A DNA stretch of 62,987 bases, counting the filler, from Octopus bimaculoides (taxonomy: Eukaryota), in the NCBI RefSeq assembly GCF_001194135.2. It is 3 parts of 3 records of this genome, joined end to end, with 100 filler letters (N's around TTAATTAATTAA, not from the genome) between each part and the next. Parts side by side here need not be neighbours in the genome. Positions count along the whole stretch, not along the records: positions 1 to 29,878 come from NC_068989.1; 2 more parts are not named here. One strand, given 5' to 3'. This document shows, piece after piece, positions 1-12,225 of the stretch. Under the pieces are notes generated by a model. That model was not told the DNA's origin. It did not search any database and worked only from the letters and a program-made list of their open reading frames with translations. The position numbers and the translations under genes were made by a program. The number at the start of each line of letters is the position of its first letter. The stretch's first letter is position 1.

Positions 1-183
1 ATATATATATATATATATATATACATGCATATATATATGTATGTATTATATATACATATATGTGCGTGTATGTGTGTACATATGCACATTGACACATACA
101 TACAGATGTGCATACATACTTGTGTATCTTTATATTTTGTTATTTCTAAATCTCTCAGAGAGAGATATTCAGTAACAGTTCTT

Positions 184-455
184 TAAAGCAAAGGCTATTT
201 GCCAACATAATGTGGCTGTCCTGGAAGCGACGATGTTACTGTTGTCTAGCTCCAAGATAAAGGGCAATAACTCAGAAACTAGTCCACAGATGTTGTTTTG
301 TGCTAGGTGGGGAGTGCTGAACTCCCTCTTCGAAAACATAAGGATACAAATATTATCGTATAGCCAGCTAGAAACGATGTTTCTTGGGGCTAATGAACAG
401 TAACAACGTCCCTTCCAGGACAGCCACATTATGTTGGCAAATAGCCTTTACTTTA
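184..455. mobile_element. Foldback/MITE-like element with 60-bp terminal inverted repeats
   Basis: Arms 184-243 and 396-455 are reverse complements at 57/60 positions. A diverged copy of the right part occurs at about 60567-60682. Confidence 0.75.
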
Positions 456-853
456 TATTTGTGTTTATTAAATAATATATATGTATGTATGCATGCATGT
501 ATGTATTTGTATATAAGTACATTTGTATATGTATATATGTACGCATGGCTAGTTTCTTAACAACACAGCCATATCTGCGCGTTGTAAATTTGCGTATTTC
601 TCGTTGCTTTCACATTTGGTAAGTTTAAAGTGTTTAATTTGATGGCAGAAAGCGGTTGGTTGGTTTGGTACAATTAGAGTTATGGAAAATTCATAGCAGA
701 AATTCACTTCTTTGTTGTTTCCATCCACGGGGCTTTAAACGCAGTGAATCCTATTATTTACAGATGATTTCACTTCAAGATACATCGTTAACGAACATTT
801 ATTCAAAATGGTGCAGTTAAGGCTATAGAGCGATCCGTCCCGGATCAGCATTT

Positions 854-1459
854 GGATCTATTTTAAAACGGGGGCCACATTTTTCATTAATGTTTTACGT
901 AGTGTTTTTGGTACGGAAAGACTTTCAAACTTCGTATACTTATCTATTTTGTGTTATAGAACAGAAAAATATTTTTGTATTCGAATTTATTTCATGTAAA
1001 AAATTGTCTTAATTCGATAATTTCAACCAATCACTGACAAGTATTCAGTTGTTTATATTTACTCCTTTGGCTGATTAAGCCATAGCTTCGTTTTATTTGC
1101 TTTTTTCATTTTAAATTTGCTTTTTTCATTTTCTTTTTTTTTTCTTCGTTTTATTTGCTTTTTTCTTTTTAAATTTGTTGTTTTACCCTAACCCTAACCC
1201 TAACCCTATCACCGATAGAATTGTTTCAGAATCGTTTGTTTATGTAGTCGGCACTTAATGTATATCGGCTGAATGGACGTCAGTGATTGGTTGAAATTAC
1301 AGAAATACGACAACTTTAGCATGGAATAACTTATGGATTTCTTTTTTTTTTTAAGAAGACTAAGAGAAAAAGATGTTTTATATGACACATTCTACCAGTG
1401 TTCCAAGTTTCAAAGTGTTTCGTTAATGAAAAATGTGGCCCCCGTTTTAAAAAAGATCC
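854..1459. mobile_element. Non-autonomous DNA transposon (MITE) with GG-terminal TIRs and 8-bp TSD, possibly Merlin-like
   Basis: TIRs at 854-892 and 1421-1459 match at 37/39. An exact direct repeat CAGCATTT flanks it at 846-853 and 1460-1467. There is an internal IR (TTTCAACCAATCACTGAC / GTCAGTGATTGGTTGAAA) and (CCCTAA)3-4 at 1186-1208. Confidence 0.8.
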
Positions 1460-1889
1460 CAGCATTTTTTGGTCAACTCTATAAGCATGTATGGAAGTAG
1501 GGCGGAGAGATATTGGCAAACTCAAGGGCTGCCTCTGGCGGCACACAATCTATTTATGCCTCTGATTAAGGAAGACCAGTGAGCATTAGTTCCTTTTGTT
1601 TCAAGATAAATTTAGTGAATTTTTTCTTTTTTTCTTTTTCTTTTTTTGCTTCTTTGTGTGGCGTACTTTTAGTTATCGTAACTGAACATGATTTTGAAAA
1701 TTACTGCATTCTCGACATCCGTACTTTTACAAAGCGTTCAAATATATCCCACGTTAGACAAGGCTAAGTGACGTGCTGTTTACGTAAATTTAATCAAATA
1801 ATACGCGCACACAGACAAACACAGATAGACAGACACACACACGAAAACACCCATTCAGGCACACAAACACACACACAAAGAAACACACG

Positions 1890-1926
<37 letters not shown>

Positions 1927-1976
1927 CCATGTGTGCGTGTGTATATATATAAATATATGTACATGTATATATGTAT

Positions 1977-2008
<32 letters not shown>

Positions 2009-2012
2009 GTAC

Positions 2013-2043
<31 letters not shown>

Positions 2044-2068
2044 AGTACACACACACACACGCACACAC

Positions 2069-2100
<32 letters not shown>

Positions 2101-2720
2101 TCTGAAAAGTTGTTATGGAGTTCAGTGTTGCGTATCGTCGATCATTTTATTCTTTTTTACTACTAAACCGTTGAAGACTAATTCAAGTTTATATTTCCAT
2201 TTCGGCTCCACATTACCCCACCCCCAGCACCACCAACACGACACACACACAAATGATATCACCCTGTGCTGAGATAAAACCTGTTTGAATCGTATTTTTA
2301 GCTGAAATCTCATTTATTGGGCAATTGTTGCTACCCTGTGTGTAAAAACAGTTCGTAACAACTCAAGAATTGATCGTTCGTTTTGATTTAGGGAAGTTCT
2401 TTTGACCGCAGGAGAAGACAATGCAGACGCTTTGAACCTGACCCTTCGTCTGAGAGAGTGTTCGAGAAAGGGAAAAAGAAGTGTGTTCTATAACAAGTTA
2501 GAGGTACTTAATTAGTGAGTTCTCTCCGTGCCATGAGACACATAAGGTCGCAACACGATCTCTCCAAATAGCTCTGTTTTACGTCACTGTTCTGGTCTCA
2601 GTGCAGCTTCTCCACTCTTTTCCTCGTCTCCTTTCCTTGTCAACGGTTTGTTGCCATGTGGTTTTATGTCATCCTGTCGCTCTGATGTTAAACGGTGGAG
2701 GCGCATGGCTTGGTACTTGG

Positions 2721-2830
2721 GTATTTGATCCATGATCGTTTCGATTCTGGGAATGTTCTTGAGCAAAACACTTCATTTCTCTATGCTCCAGTCCACGCAG
2801 TTAGTAAACACGAGTAATTTTGCGACGGGC
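2721..2830 (+). mobile_element. Degraded tRNA-derived SINE fragment (family C, CORE-like)
   Basis: GTTTCGATTC...TTCTTGAGCAAAACACTTCATTTC...GCTCCAGTCCAC matches the copy at 12064-12225. Confidence 0.6.
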
Positions 2831-3251
2831 CGACGTCCTGTCCTAAGAGAAATATATATAGATATAAAGCAGAGAAAACGGGAAACTGATCCTATGGTCC
2901 TTACGGAGCAACGTGGACTAACCAATTATATTAAGTATGGCAATTTCATGTGAAACGCTGATTGGTCAGTGTCAGGTATTTGAATGACATAGGTAAATAC
3001 AGATGTATCAAATACCATAACAACATAAATTCTTGCTTTCTTAAATTTATCTCTGTCTCTAGAGGATGTCCTAATCACCAAATGACAATTAGAAACAGTT
3101 CTACTTGAAAATGGGAGATAATCTCAAAAATGAAGCACTCTCCAGAGTTGACATGCCATAAAAGAAAGGACAGGGCTATCACCTGAGGATAAGATGATAG
3201 TGGAGATAATTTTTTGAAAATAAAAAATTTTTGTTCTACGGTATTTGATAT

Positions 3252-3461
3252 ACTCTTTACTCTCTTTTACTTGTTTCAGTCATTTGACTGCGACCATGCT
3301 GGAGCACCGCCTTTAGTCGAGCAAATCGACTCCAGGGCTTATTCTTTGTAAGCCTAGTACTTATTCTATCGGTCACTTTTTGCCGAACCGCTAAGTTACG
3401 GGGACGTAAACACACCAGCATCGGTTGTCAAGCGATAGTGGGGGGAACAAACACAGATACA

Positions 3462-3508
<47 letters not shown>

Positions 3509-3518
3509 GTATGTATAT
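3252..3518 (-). mobile_element. SINE family A, 3' half, running into internal microsatellite and gap
   Basis: Near-identical to reverse-complemented 3' halves at 12950-13353, 18821-19206 and 58378-58975. Confidence 0.85.
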
Positions 3519-5331
3519 NNNNNNNNNNNNNNNNNNNNNNNNNNNNNNNNNNNNNNNNNNNNNNNNNNNNNNNNNNNNNNNNNNNNNNNNNNNNNNNNNN
3601 NNNNNNNNNNNNNNNNNNNNNNNNNNNNNNNNNNNNNNNNNNNNNNNNNNNNNNNNNNNNNNNNNNNNNNNNNNNNNNNNNNNNNNNNNNNNNNNNNNNN
3701 NNNNNNNNNNNNNNNNNNNNNNNNNNNNNNNNNNNNNNNNNNNNNNNNNNNNNNNNNNNNNNNNNNNNNNNNNNNNNNNNNNNNNNNNNNNNNNNNNNNN
3801 NNNNNNNNNNNNNNNNNNNNNNNNNNNNNNNNNNNNNNNNNNNNNNNNNNNNNNNNNNNNNNNNNNNNNNNNNNNNNNNNNNNNNNNNNNNNNNNNNNNN
3901 NNNNNNNNNNNNNNNNNNNNNNNNNNNNNNNNNNNNNNNNNNNNNNNNNNNNNNNNNNNNNNNNNNNNNNNNNNNNNNNNNNNNNNNNNNNNNNNNNNNN
4001 NNNNNNNNNNNNNNNNNNNNNNNNNNNNNNNNNNNNNNNNNNNNNNNNNNNNNNNNNNNNNNNNNNNNNNNNNNNNNNNNNNNNNNNNNNNNNNNNNNNN
4101 NNNNNNNNNNNNNNNNNNNNNNNNNNNNNNNNNNNNNNNNNNNNNNNNNNNNNNNNNNNNNNNNNNNNNNNNNNNNNNNNNNNNNNNNNNNNNNNNNNNN
4201 NNNNNNNNNNNNNNNNNTATATATATCTGTATATATCTATCTTGTTCAAATATATATATTTATATATGTCTATCTTGTTGAAATGCATGTCTCAGCTCAG
4301 TCTGGGTTATTTTTCTTGGTTTGTTTTTGTTTAATTTATACTAATTATCATGGCCATAAATAGGATATAGGGTCAAAAGAGTTGCGATATAATCAAAAGC
4401 AGGGTATTGATTAAACAGCTAAGCAGTTCGCTTCCTAGCCAAGCGTTTCCACGTTGTGTTCCATTGCGTAGCAGCTTGGGCAGCAAGTATCTTCTACCAT
4501 AACTCTGAGGATTACGTTTAAGGTACGCTTACCCTTGGAATGCTCGGCCACTTACATGTTAATTTAGTAGGAGGTAATTCGGCTGATCGAACAACTGTTT
4601 CTACGTTGACAAACGACGAAGATCCACCACCACCACTACTTCAATACTACGTCCTCAGTGCTTGTATATATGTATTTATACATTTATGTACTCATGCATA
4701 TAAATAGATAGGTAGGGGTATATGTATATTTGTGTGTGTGTGTGTGTGTGCTTTTTAGTGTTGTACATCGGCGAAGAATGTAGACATTGGCGAAAACAGG
4801 TGTTTCTTGAACGAATTCCTTTGCGAGAACAAGTCTTTTGCATTGAATTTTCCCATCGTCATTCACATATTCAGAAAAGTAGTAAATTAATGATTACCCC
4901 GTTGGAAACCTATAAACAGCGACGCTATTGTTCACCAAGTACAACACGATATAAAATAGATAAAATAAATAGATAACCAGATTTTTCAAAAGCGAGCGGT
5001 TTCACGTAACAATCTTTAATTGGGCGATTATAAAATCTTAGGACAAGAGAACTATGTTCTGGTATCTGTAAAATCTAGCTTGTAATACATATTAATTACA
5101 ACAAAGCGGGGTGGAAGAATATAGGATACTTAGTAGTACACAATGTGCGTATCTAGAATTACGAATGAGAATAGAATGTCCTTGCTGGACATTTTTCAGG
5201 TGCAAGTAGTTATTTTGGATTATTAATCATGCATGCATTAATACGTTGTGTGTATGCATCGGTGTCTTCTTTTTCCTTCTTAATGAAGCACTTCATTAAA
5301 ATTGAGTTGTGGGAAAAGAAACATAAAAATT

Positions 5332-5817
5332 AATTCAAATTTCGATGAACGTAAACAAACAAACGAAGTCTGCTTTTAGAAGCGTTGAGATGTCTTAGAA
5401 AGTTAAAGAAGTGATTTTAATTTCTCAAACGCAGGATAATGCTAATAATATAGGATGAACAGGATAAGCTACCCCTATTTTGCAGAAAAAAATTGTAGGC
5501 GACCAGCTATGAGACACGTACTCACACCTCCGTGATTACGCGTCGCGGTGCTCTAAACCGATTGAGCTAAACTACTAACCACAAACTTTTCTGCAAATTT
5601 AAGATGTATAGAAATCTCGCTTTATGAGACGCTATCATACGTTAAATTCAAATTGCGATGAATGTAAACAAACAAGCGAAGTTTGCTTTTAGAAGCGTTG
5701 AGATGTCTTAGAAAGTTACAGAAGTGATTTTAATTTCTCAAACACAGAACAATGATAATAATATAGCCTGAACAGGATAAGCTCTCCCTATTTTGCAGAA
5801 AAAAGTGTAGGCGGCCA
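5332..5817. repeat. Direct duplication of about 174 bp (5332-5505 and 5645-5817) bracketing a tRNA-like sequence
   Basis: The copies align closely, e.g. TTTTAGAAGCGTTGAGATGTCTTAGAAAGTT and GAACAGGATAAGCT...CCCTATTTTGCAGAAAAAA. Offset is about 313 bp. Confidence 0.9.
5501..5576 (-). pseudogene. tRNA-like pseudogene or tRNA-derived element, anticodon not assignable
   Basis: On the minus strand: A-box-like TAGCTCAATCGG, D-stem GCTC/GAGC, anticodon stem CCGCG/CACGG with 9-nt loop, T-stem GTGAG/CTCAT with decayed loop TACGTGT, acceptor stem 6/7 paired, and a T7 run just downstream. Confidence 0.6.
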
Positions 5818-6639
5818 ATTAATGTTTGTCGGTATAGATGTCTGGTTCAGAAGCTCTTTTTTGCAATCATGTCGTTTTGGGTTAGGTTTGGTCCTGTTTA
5901 GCGTTACTTTGACTTGGACAAGTGTCTTGTACGCTAGCTCCAGACCGACCAATGCTTGTGTGGGAATTTGATTGACGAATACTGAGTGGAGACCCTTCGT
6001 GTATATATACATAAAACAAAACAAAAAATGGAACAAGAACGTAACAGGCGACAACAAAGCATCCGGACAGTTAGACGATACAAAAAAGGTCAGGAAAAAC
6101 AAGGACGGTCATTCGGAGCTTTCTTTCTTCAGTCGAGTTCCAGATCATCGTTGCAGTTTCGGCCGGTTACACTCGAGACTGCTCCAATCTGGCTGGGCTC
6201 AAGAAAATCTAAGCTAAGAGTACTAGATTCCTTTATTTTGTTAATTAACATAGTGAGTAGAAGTACCAGATGAAGCAATCAGGACCCTCTGAGAAAATGT
6301 CTCTCTGAGAATCTGCCTACATAAGGCAACAAGTTGTTCATTTTAGCTGATTAGCTTATCAATAATGTGATCATATGTTTACATATATAATGAACAATAT
6401 GACGCATGCACGCGGCACGGTCCGTAAACTGCACATTGGCATTAAGAACATTAATCACAAACGGTTTCTTTTTGTTTTGTTTTTTAGTTAGAAAAAAGCT
6501 GCAGGAATATCGAAACCAAGTTGTCATGATCCCCATCAAAGCCATAAAAGGTGATAGTCGAAATTTTAAGATTAAACAGAATATTCTTGTTTTCTAAATA
6601 TGGATCCTACTGTCAACAACAGACAAGAACTGTGTGACG

Positions 6640-6654
6640 CTATCTATCTATCTT

Positions 6655-6695
<41 letters not shown>

Positions 6696-6762
6696 TTGTC
6701 TGTCTGTCTGTCTGTCTGACTGTCTGTCTGTCTGTTTGCCTGTTTATCTATCTATCTATCTA

Positions 6763-6797
<35 letters not shown>

Positions 6798-6802
6798 GTC
6801 TA

Positions 6803-6837
<35 letters not shown>

Positions 6838-6846
6838 GTCTATCTA

Positions 6847-6881
<35 letters not shown>

Positions 6882-7000
6882 GCCTGTCTGTCTGTCTATC
6901 TATCTGTCTATCTATCTGTATGTCTGTCTGTCTATCTGTATGTCTGTCTGTCTGTCTGCCTGTCTGTCTATCTATCTATCTTTCTATCTATCTACACATG
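6640..7000. repeat. Compound (TCTA)n/(TCTG)n microsatellite
   Basis: Directly visible in sequence. Confidence 0.95.
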
Positions 7001-7079
7001 CACTTACATATGTATGCAGGTGTGTGCGTCTTGTTTCCCGAACGAGAGAAAAATCTTACGATTCATATCTTTTAATGTT

Positions 7080-7240
7080 TTGTCTCAGTGGTTGGGGTTG
7101 CGGCCATGCTGGAGTACCACTTTGAAGTGTTTAGTCAAAGAATACAACCCAAGTCCTAATTTTTAAGCTTAGCAATTATTCTATCGGTCCTTTTTGCCGA
7201 GCTGCAAGTCACGTGGACGTAAACAAACCAGCAACGAGTG
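7080..7240 (-). mobile_element. Diverged SINE family A 3' part
   Basis: GCGGCCATGCTGGAG...TTATTCTATCGGTC...GGACGTAAACA is shared with other family A copies. Confidence 0.7.
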
Positions 7241-8689
7241 ACAAGTCACATGCACATAGATGTACATACATACATATACATGTGTGTGTGTGTGTGCATA
7301 AGTATGTGTGTGTGTGTATAAGTATGTGTGTGTGTGTGCGTATAAGTATGTGTGTGTGTATGTGTACGATGTGTTTATACATATGATTTACACACACACG
7401 CACACACATATATGCACCCTATTAAGTGCATGGAGGCCATTGTAGAAATTTGAAATGTTCAGTTACCGGTGCAGATGTAGGAAGGTGATGATCTTCGTAG
7501 ACAGAAGTTATATATATATAGCTAAAGTCATTCACAGAAACTTTATATGTGCAAATATGAAGAACGATAAAAATCCCTTCTTAAAAGTCATAGAAACAAA
7601 ACTGAGCGCCATTGTAAGTTATACTTGCACGTGTTTATTCAAATGTATACGCATTTAATCTCTCCAAATATTTGCAGGACTTTTTCAGAATTTTGTAAAG
7701 AACTATAAACAGTATTGTGACTTATTTGATTTCAACAACACACAGGTCGTTCAATTGTGTTGATATATGAGATCCATCTATCATTATTCTTGACACAAGT
7801 ACTCCATTATATGTTGGTTGTTTAGTTATTCACGTGTGACATTTTCAAACTAGTTGCAGACTCCACATACGTAACACGTACAATAATAATGGCTTCTCTG
7901 TGTGTGTAGATTTTTAAAGATTACCTGAAAGTTTATATCTAACCAATAACAAAAGCATTTCTCTACGTCGACAATAAATAACATTTACGTTTTCTGAAAC
8001 GGTTTTCTGAAAGCTGCTTACAAGGTGAAAAGCGTAATAAACATGTACCCACAATAAACTTTGAATATGCTAACTGGGGTCTTCACCAAGCCAAATCAAA
8101 ACGGGAGACATGTTAATGTTCTGTGAATGTCTGAATTCATTTGGATTCATTTCTGAGTAAGAATTCTCACCTAAAGTATTACCTATTCAGTTTTATAGAT
8201 AGCGTCTCATCCCGATTTTTTTTTAATGTTATTGCTATCTTTAGACAATATTGTTCTCTGTTAAGTAGATAATTGATTAACAAGATAATTCGAAATTTAG
8301 ATAAAATTCTTACTTCTTTAACGATTTAAAAAATTGTAATTAATAAAATATAATTACTGTAATTATATCATGCGGCAAATTGGCGATCAAATTACGTTGC
8401 ATTATTAAGTCACGGTTCTTTTCGACCCATGTTTCAAAGCTTTCCGAATCTATATTTGCTTTTTGTCCTTCTGGGGTCAATAAAATAAAATACCAATTAT
8501 ATACTGGGGTAGACATAATCGACTACACTCTTGCTTCAAATCTGATGACTTGTGCTTATGTTAGAAAAGTATATATTCGCCTTTTCGCTTCACCGATGAA
8601 CAGAATACAGAATGTAAATGTAGAAAAATTGATAAATATGTATATTAATCTTCTATTAGCGATGTATTTCGAATGCAAATCCAGCTATA

Positions 8690-8895
8690 GGTAATGGTTT
8701 AAAATTTTGGCATAGAGCCAGCATTTCTGAGGGGAGGGGAAGTCGGTTATATCGATTTGACTGGTACTTATTTTATCGAGTCCAAAAGGATGAAAGGTGA
8801 TGTCGACATCCGCAGATTTTGAACTCAGAACGAAAGGATAGACGAAATAACGCCAAGTATTTCACCAGGCGTTACTAACCGTTCTACCAGCTCGC
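8690..8895 (-). mobile_element. SINE family B (tRNA-like head plus Nin/Deu-like domain)
   Basis: CTGGTACTTATTTTATCGA...AAAGGATGAAAGG...GAACTCAGAAC is shared with 13.6-14.1 kb, 17.8-18.1 kb, 29.5 kb and 45.3 kb. The GCCTTTCATCCTTTCGGGGTCGATAAA motif resembles the Nin/Deu SINE domain (from memory). Confidence 0.8.
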
Positions 8896-10532
8896 AATTA
8901 TAGATAATAGCTCCCAATACATGGGGTTAAATTCCTTCGAACTAAAAGAAGAAAGAAAGAAGAAAACCCCTGTATCAAGGAATACAGTAAATGCGTGGTT
9001 CGAGTCCTGCTGATGACTTCTTGCCTTTTTACTTTTTAACCCTATGCATTGTGAGGTATGAAGGTGGCCAGTTGTCGGAATCGTTAGCACGCCGGACAAA
9101 ATCTCGCTGAGGTTAATCTCGCATTTTCATTCCTTCGGAATTGGTAAAAGTAAAGTAATCCACTACCTTCCTCCCATCAAAATTACCGGCCTTGAACTCT
9201 TCAACGGGTCAGCGTCCTGTTCAGGGGAAGAATTGTGATCCCGGTTACTTATTCGCCATGGAAACCAATTAACCAACCTCATAGTGCTGGATTCACATGC
9301 GAGAGACATCGGTAAAAGAAAATTTTTATTTCAAAGGAGACTAATTTAAATATGTAATTAACCTTTTGTTAGTCACCTGACCTTTCCGATCATGGTGAGT
9401 CACATGGGGTGTTTACACACCTGAATACAAAAATGTTTATAGTTTTAGTATTATGTAAAATATAGTCATTCGGTTGGTTCAGGATATACCTGTAATCAGT
9501 GCTGATTTAAACATTTATGATCTGAGAAAAAATAGTTAAAACATGTCGTTGCTATGTTAATTATGTTAGAGACGAAAAAGTGAGATGCTAGAATCGTTAG
9601 CACGCTGGACAAAATGCTTAGCGACATTTTGTCCGTCTGTACGTTCTGAACTCAAATTACCCAGAAGTGGACTTTTCCTTCCATACTTCCGGGTTCGATA
9701 TAATAAGTACCAATTAAGCGCTAGTGTCAATTCAATCGGACGAAATAACTATCCTTGTGCCAAAACTTGATACCAATTGTGGCATAGAAGTTGCTAGAGA
9801 CGATTTGGGCATCATATTCAGTAGACACCATCCTATTCATCTTTTTTTTAATTGCTTTTAGTCAACGAATCACGGCCATGTTGTAGCCCCAACTTCAATA
9901 GACATAGTTAAACATACAAACGCTTGTACTTATTTCAATTTGGTATATACCGTAAATCCTCGAGTATAATCCGCACTTTTTTTACCAAAATGTAAAGGTC
10001 AAAATTTCTAGTGTGTACTATATACGAGGTTAAAAATGAAAAATATTTTCAAAGCAAAATTTCCTAAGTGATAAATATCTAAAGGCAATTTACTTAATAT
10101 TTATTTTTCACTGACGTTATTACTGTTATTTCTTTATTTTCTGCAAACAAAGTGCACAAAAAAAGCTACACGTTTGCATTATGTTATATATACAATAATA
10201 ATAAAGGACGTTACCGTATATACGTTTACAAATCAAGGACGTTTCAACAGTCTTTGAAATTGGTCATTCCAAATACAGAGTTTATACACAGTGCTATTGA
10301 ATCAAGGGTTCTGAGACCTGGATTTTACGCATAGGGAATTGGAATCTTAATAATGGATTTGCAAATGCATTGACCAATCTTAAAGACTATTGGATTTTAC
10401 TCAAAAGGAATTGGAATCTTATATCTATACCATTCTGCCTAAACAATGGATTTACAAATACAACGTCCCTACATTCACTCTCTATTTCCTATCTTATGTA
10501 AACTAACTATTGCTTAACCATCCTCTCACACC

Positions 10533-10580
10533 GTCTCCGAAGAAGGGATATAATAAATATCCTGGAAACAGCTGTAGGAC
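10533..10580 (+). ncRNA. Type I minimal hammerhead ribozyme, variant or decayed
   Basis: Helix I GUCU/GGAC; core CCGAAGA (U4C); helix II GGGAUAU/AUAUCCU; then GAAAC-AGCU-GUA. The helix II closing pair is disturbed. Confidence 0.6.
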
Positions 10581-10674
10581 CTTCTATTTATAAATGTTCT
10601 ATATTATACACAGCCTTGGTTCTTTATCTCATTACGAAATCCTTATATATATATATATATATATAGGAAGAATT

Positions 10675-10816
10675 CACAAAAAGAAAAAGTCGAAGACAGG
10701 TGGTGTAGACAACAAACAGATGTATTAGTTTAACGCTCGGGAAGTGAAAAGCCTTTAACGTGTCGAGCCTACGCTCTTCCACAGAAAGGAACACAGAAAG
10801 AAATAAAGAGAGAATG
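10675..10816 (-). repeat. Dispersed repeat (probably Penelope pLTR-derived) with minimal hammerhead-like motif at 10753-10788
   Basis: Second copy at about 53890-54040. Minus strand reads CUUU-CUGUGGA-A-GAGC(GUAG)GCUC-GACA-CGUU-AAAG. Confidence 0.65.
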
Positions 10817-11036
10817 NNNNNNNNNNNNNNNNNNNNNNNNNNNNNNNNNNNNNNNNNNNNNNNNNNNNNNNNNNNNNNNNNNNNNNNNNNNNNNNNNNNN
10901 NNNNNNNNNNNNNNNNNNNNNNNNNNNNNNNNNNNNNNNNNNNNNNNNNNNNNNNNNNNNNNNNNNNNNNNNNNNNNNNNNNNNNNNNNNNNNNNNNNNN
11001 NNNNNNNNTATATATATATATACAGAGAGAGAGTGA

Positions 11037-11079
<43 letters not shown>

Positions 11080-11801
11080 GAATGTATTCTTATATATATA
11101 CATATATATATATATATAATAGATATATACATATATATTGACATGCAAATATCAAATATAGAAACATACGGATATATATATTAATATAAACACACACACA
11201 CATACACTCGCTCACACACACACACTCTCTCTCTCTCTCGCACACACACACACACACATTCACTCACGCATACATGCAAGCTACATAACCATTTTACGCC
11301 GATCCGTCTTTCCTGTTATTCGCAAGTAGAATTCCATAATTGTAGAATTGTAGAATTCCATTTCCGTGCCTTATTTTTTTTTTCCTAATTAATCAGTTTT
11401 TATATAATTAACAATATTAAAGTGAAAAGATGAAAAGAGGGGCAATAAAGCATAGATAAATATTGATAAAGAAATATGGTGTTGGCGGTGGTGGTGGTGN
11501 NNNNNNNNNNNNNNNNNNNNNNNNNNNNNNNNNNNNNNNNNNNNNNNNNNNNNNNNNNNNNNNNNNNNNNNNNNNNNNNNNNNNNNNNNNNNNNNNNNNN
11601 NNNNNNNNNNNNNNNNNNNNNNNNNNNNNNNNNNNNNNNNNNNNNNNNNNNNNNNNNNNNNNNNNNNNNNNNNNNNNNNNNNNNNNNNNNNNNNNNNNNN
11701 NNNNNNNNNNNNNNNNNNNNNNNNNNNNNNNNNNNNNAGTCTGCCATTTCGAAATTGTAAAAATACTTGAGCGCAGACCTAACTGCCTGCTCTGAACGGA
11801 A

Positions 11802-11839
<38 letters not shown>

Positions 11840-11841
11840 GT

Positions 11842-11883
<42 letters not shown>

Positions 11884-12023
11884 CTATGTGTATGTGTGTG
11901 TGTATGTGTGTATGCGTGCATGTGTGTGTGCTTGTGCGTGTGTGAGTGCGTGTGTGCCTGTGTGTGTAAATGTTCGTGTATGTGTTTGTGTGCGTGTATA
12001 TGTTTGAGCGAAAGTGTGTATGT

Positions 12024-12062
<39 letters not shown>

Positions 12063-12063
12063 C

Positions 12064-12225
12064 TCGGAGGTGCGGAGCTTAGTGGTTAGGGAATTCGGCT
12101 CACGATCATAAGGTCGTGAGTTCGATTCCCGGCGACGCGTTGTGTCCTTGAGCAAGACACTTTATTTCACGTTGCTCCAGTCCACTCAGCTGGCAAAAAT
12201 GAAATATGCTCGTATTTCAAAGGGC
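12064..12225 (+). mobile_element. tRNA-derived SINE family C with CORE-like domain, truncated by gap
   Basis: A-box GCTTAGTGGTTAG, B-box GAGTTCGATTCC, then GTGTCCTTGAGCAAGACACTT (similar to the MIR CORE domain). Confidence 0.85.

Noticed and set aside
1186-1208. (CCCTAA)n as a telomere or chromosome-fusion relic
   Set aside because: Only 3-4 units, and internal to a MITE.
6130-6225. GGCCGAAAC on the minus strand in a repeat-like block
   Set aside because: No pairing helix II and no CUGANGA at the proper position in this copy.
9950-10110. TACCGTAAATCCTCGAGTATAA, a Tc1/pogo-like TIR start
   Set aside because: No matching right TIR nearby, so the element cannot be delimited.
12064-12140. tRNA genes suggested by A/B boxes here and at 16761, 18830 and 15530-15600
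   Set aside because: No complete cloverleaf, and each continues into a SINE body.
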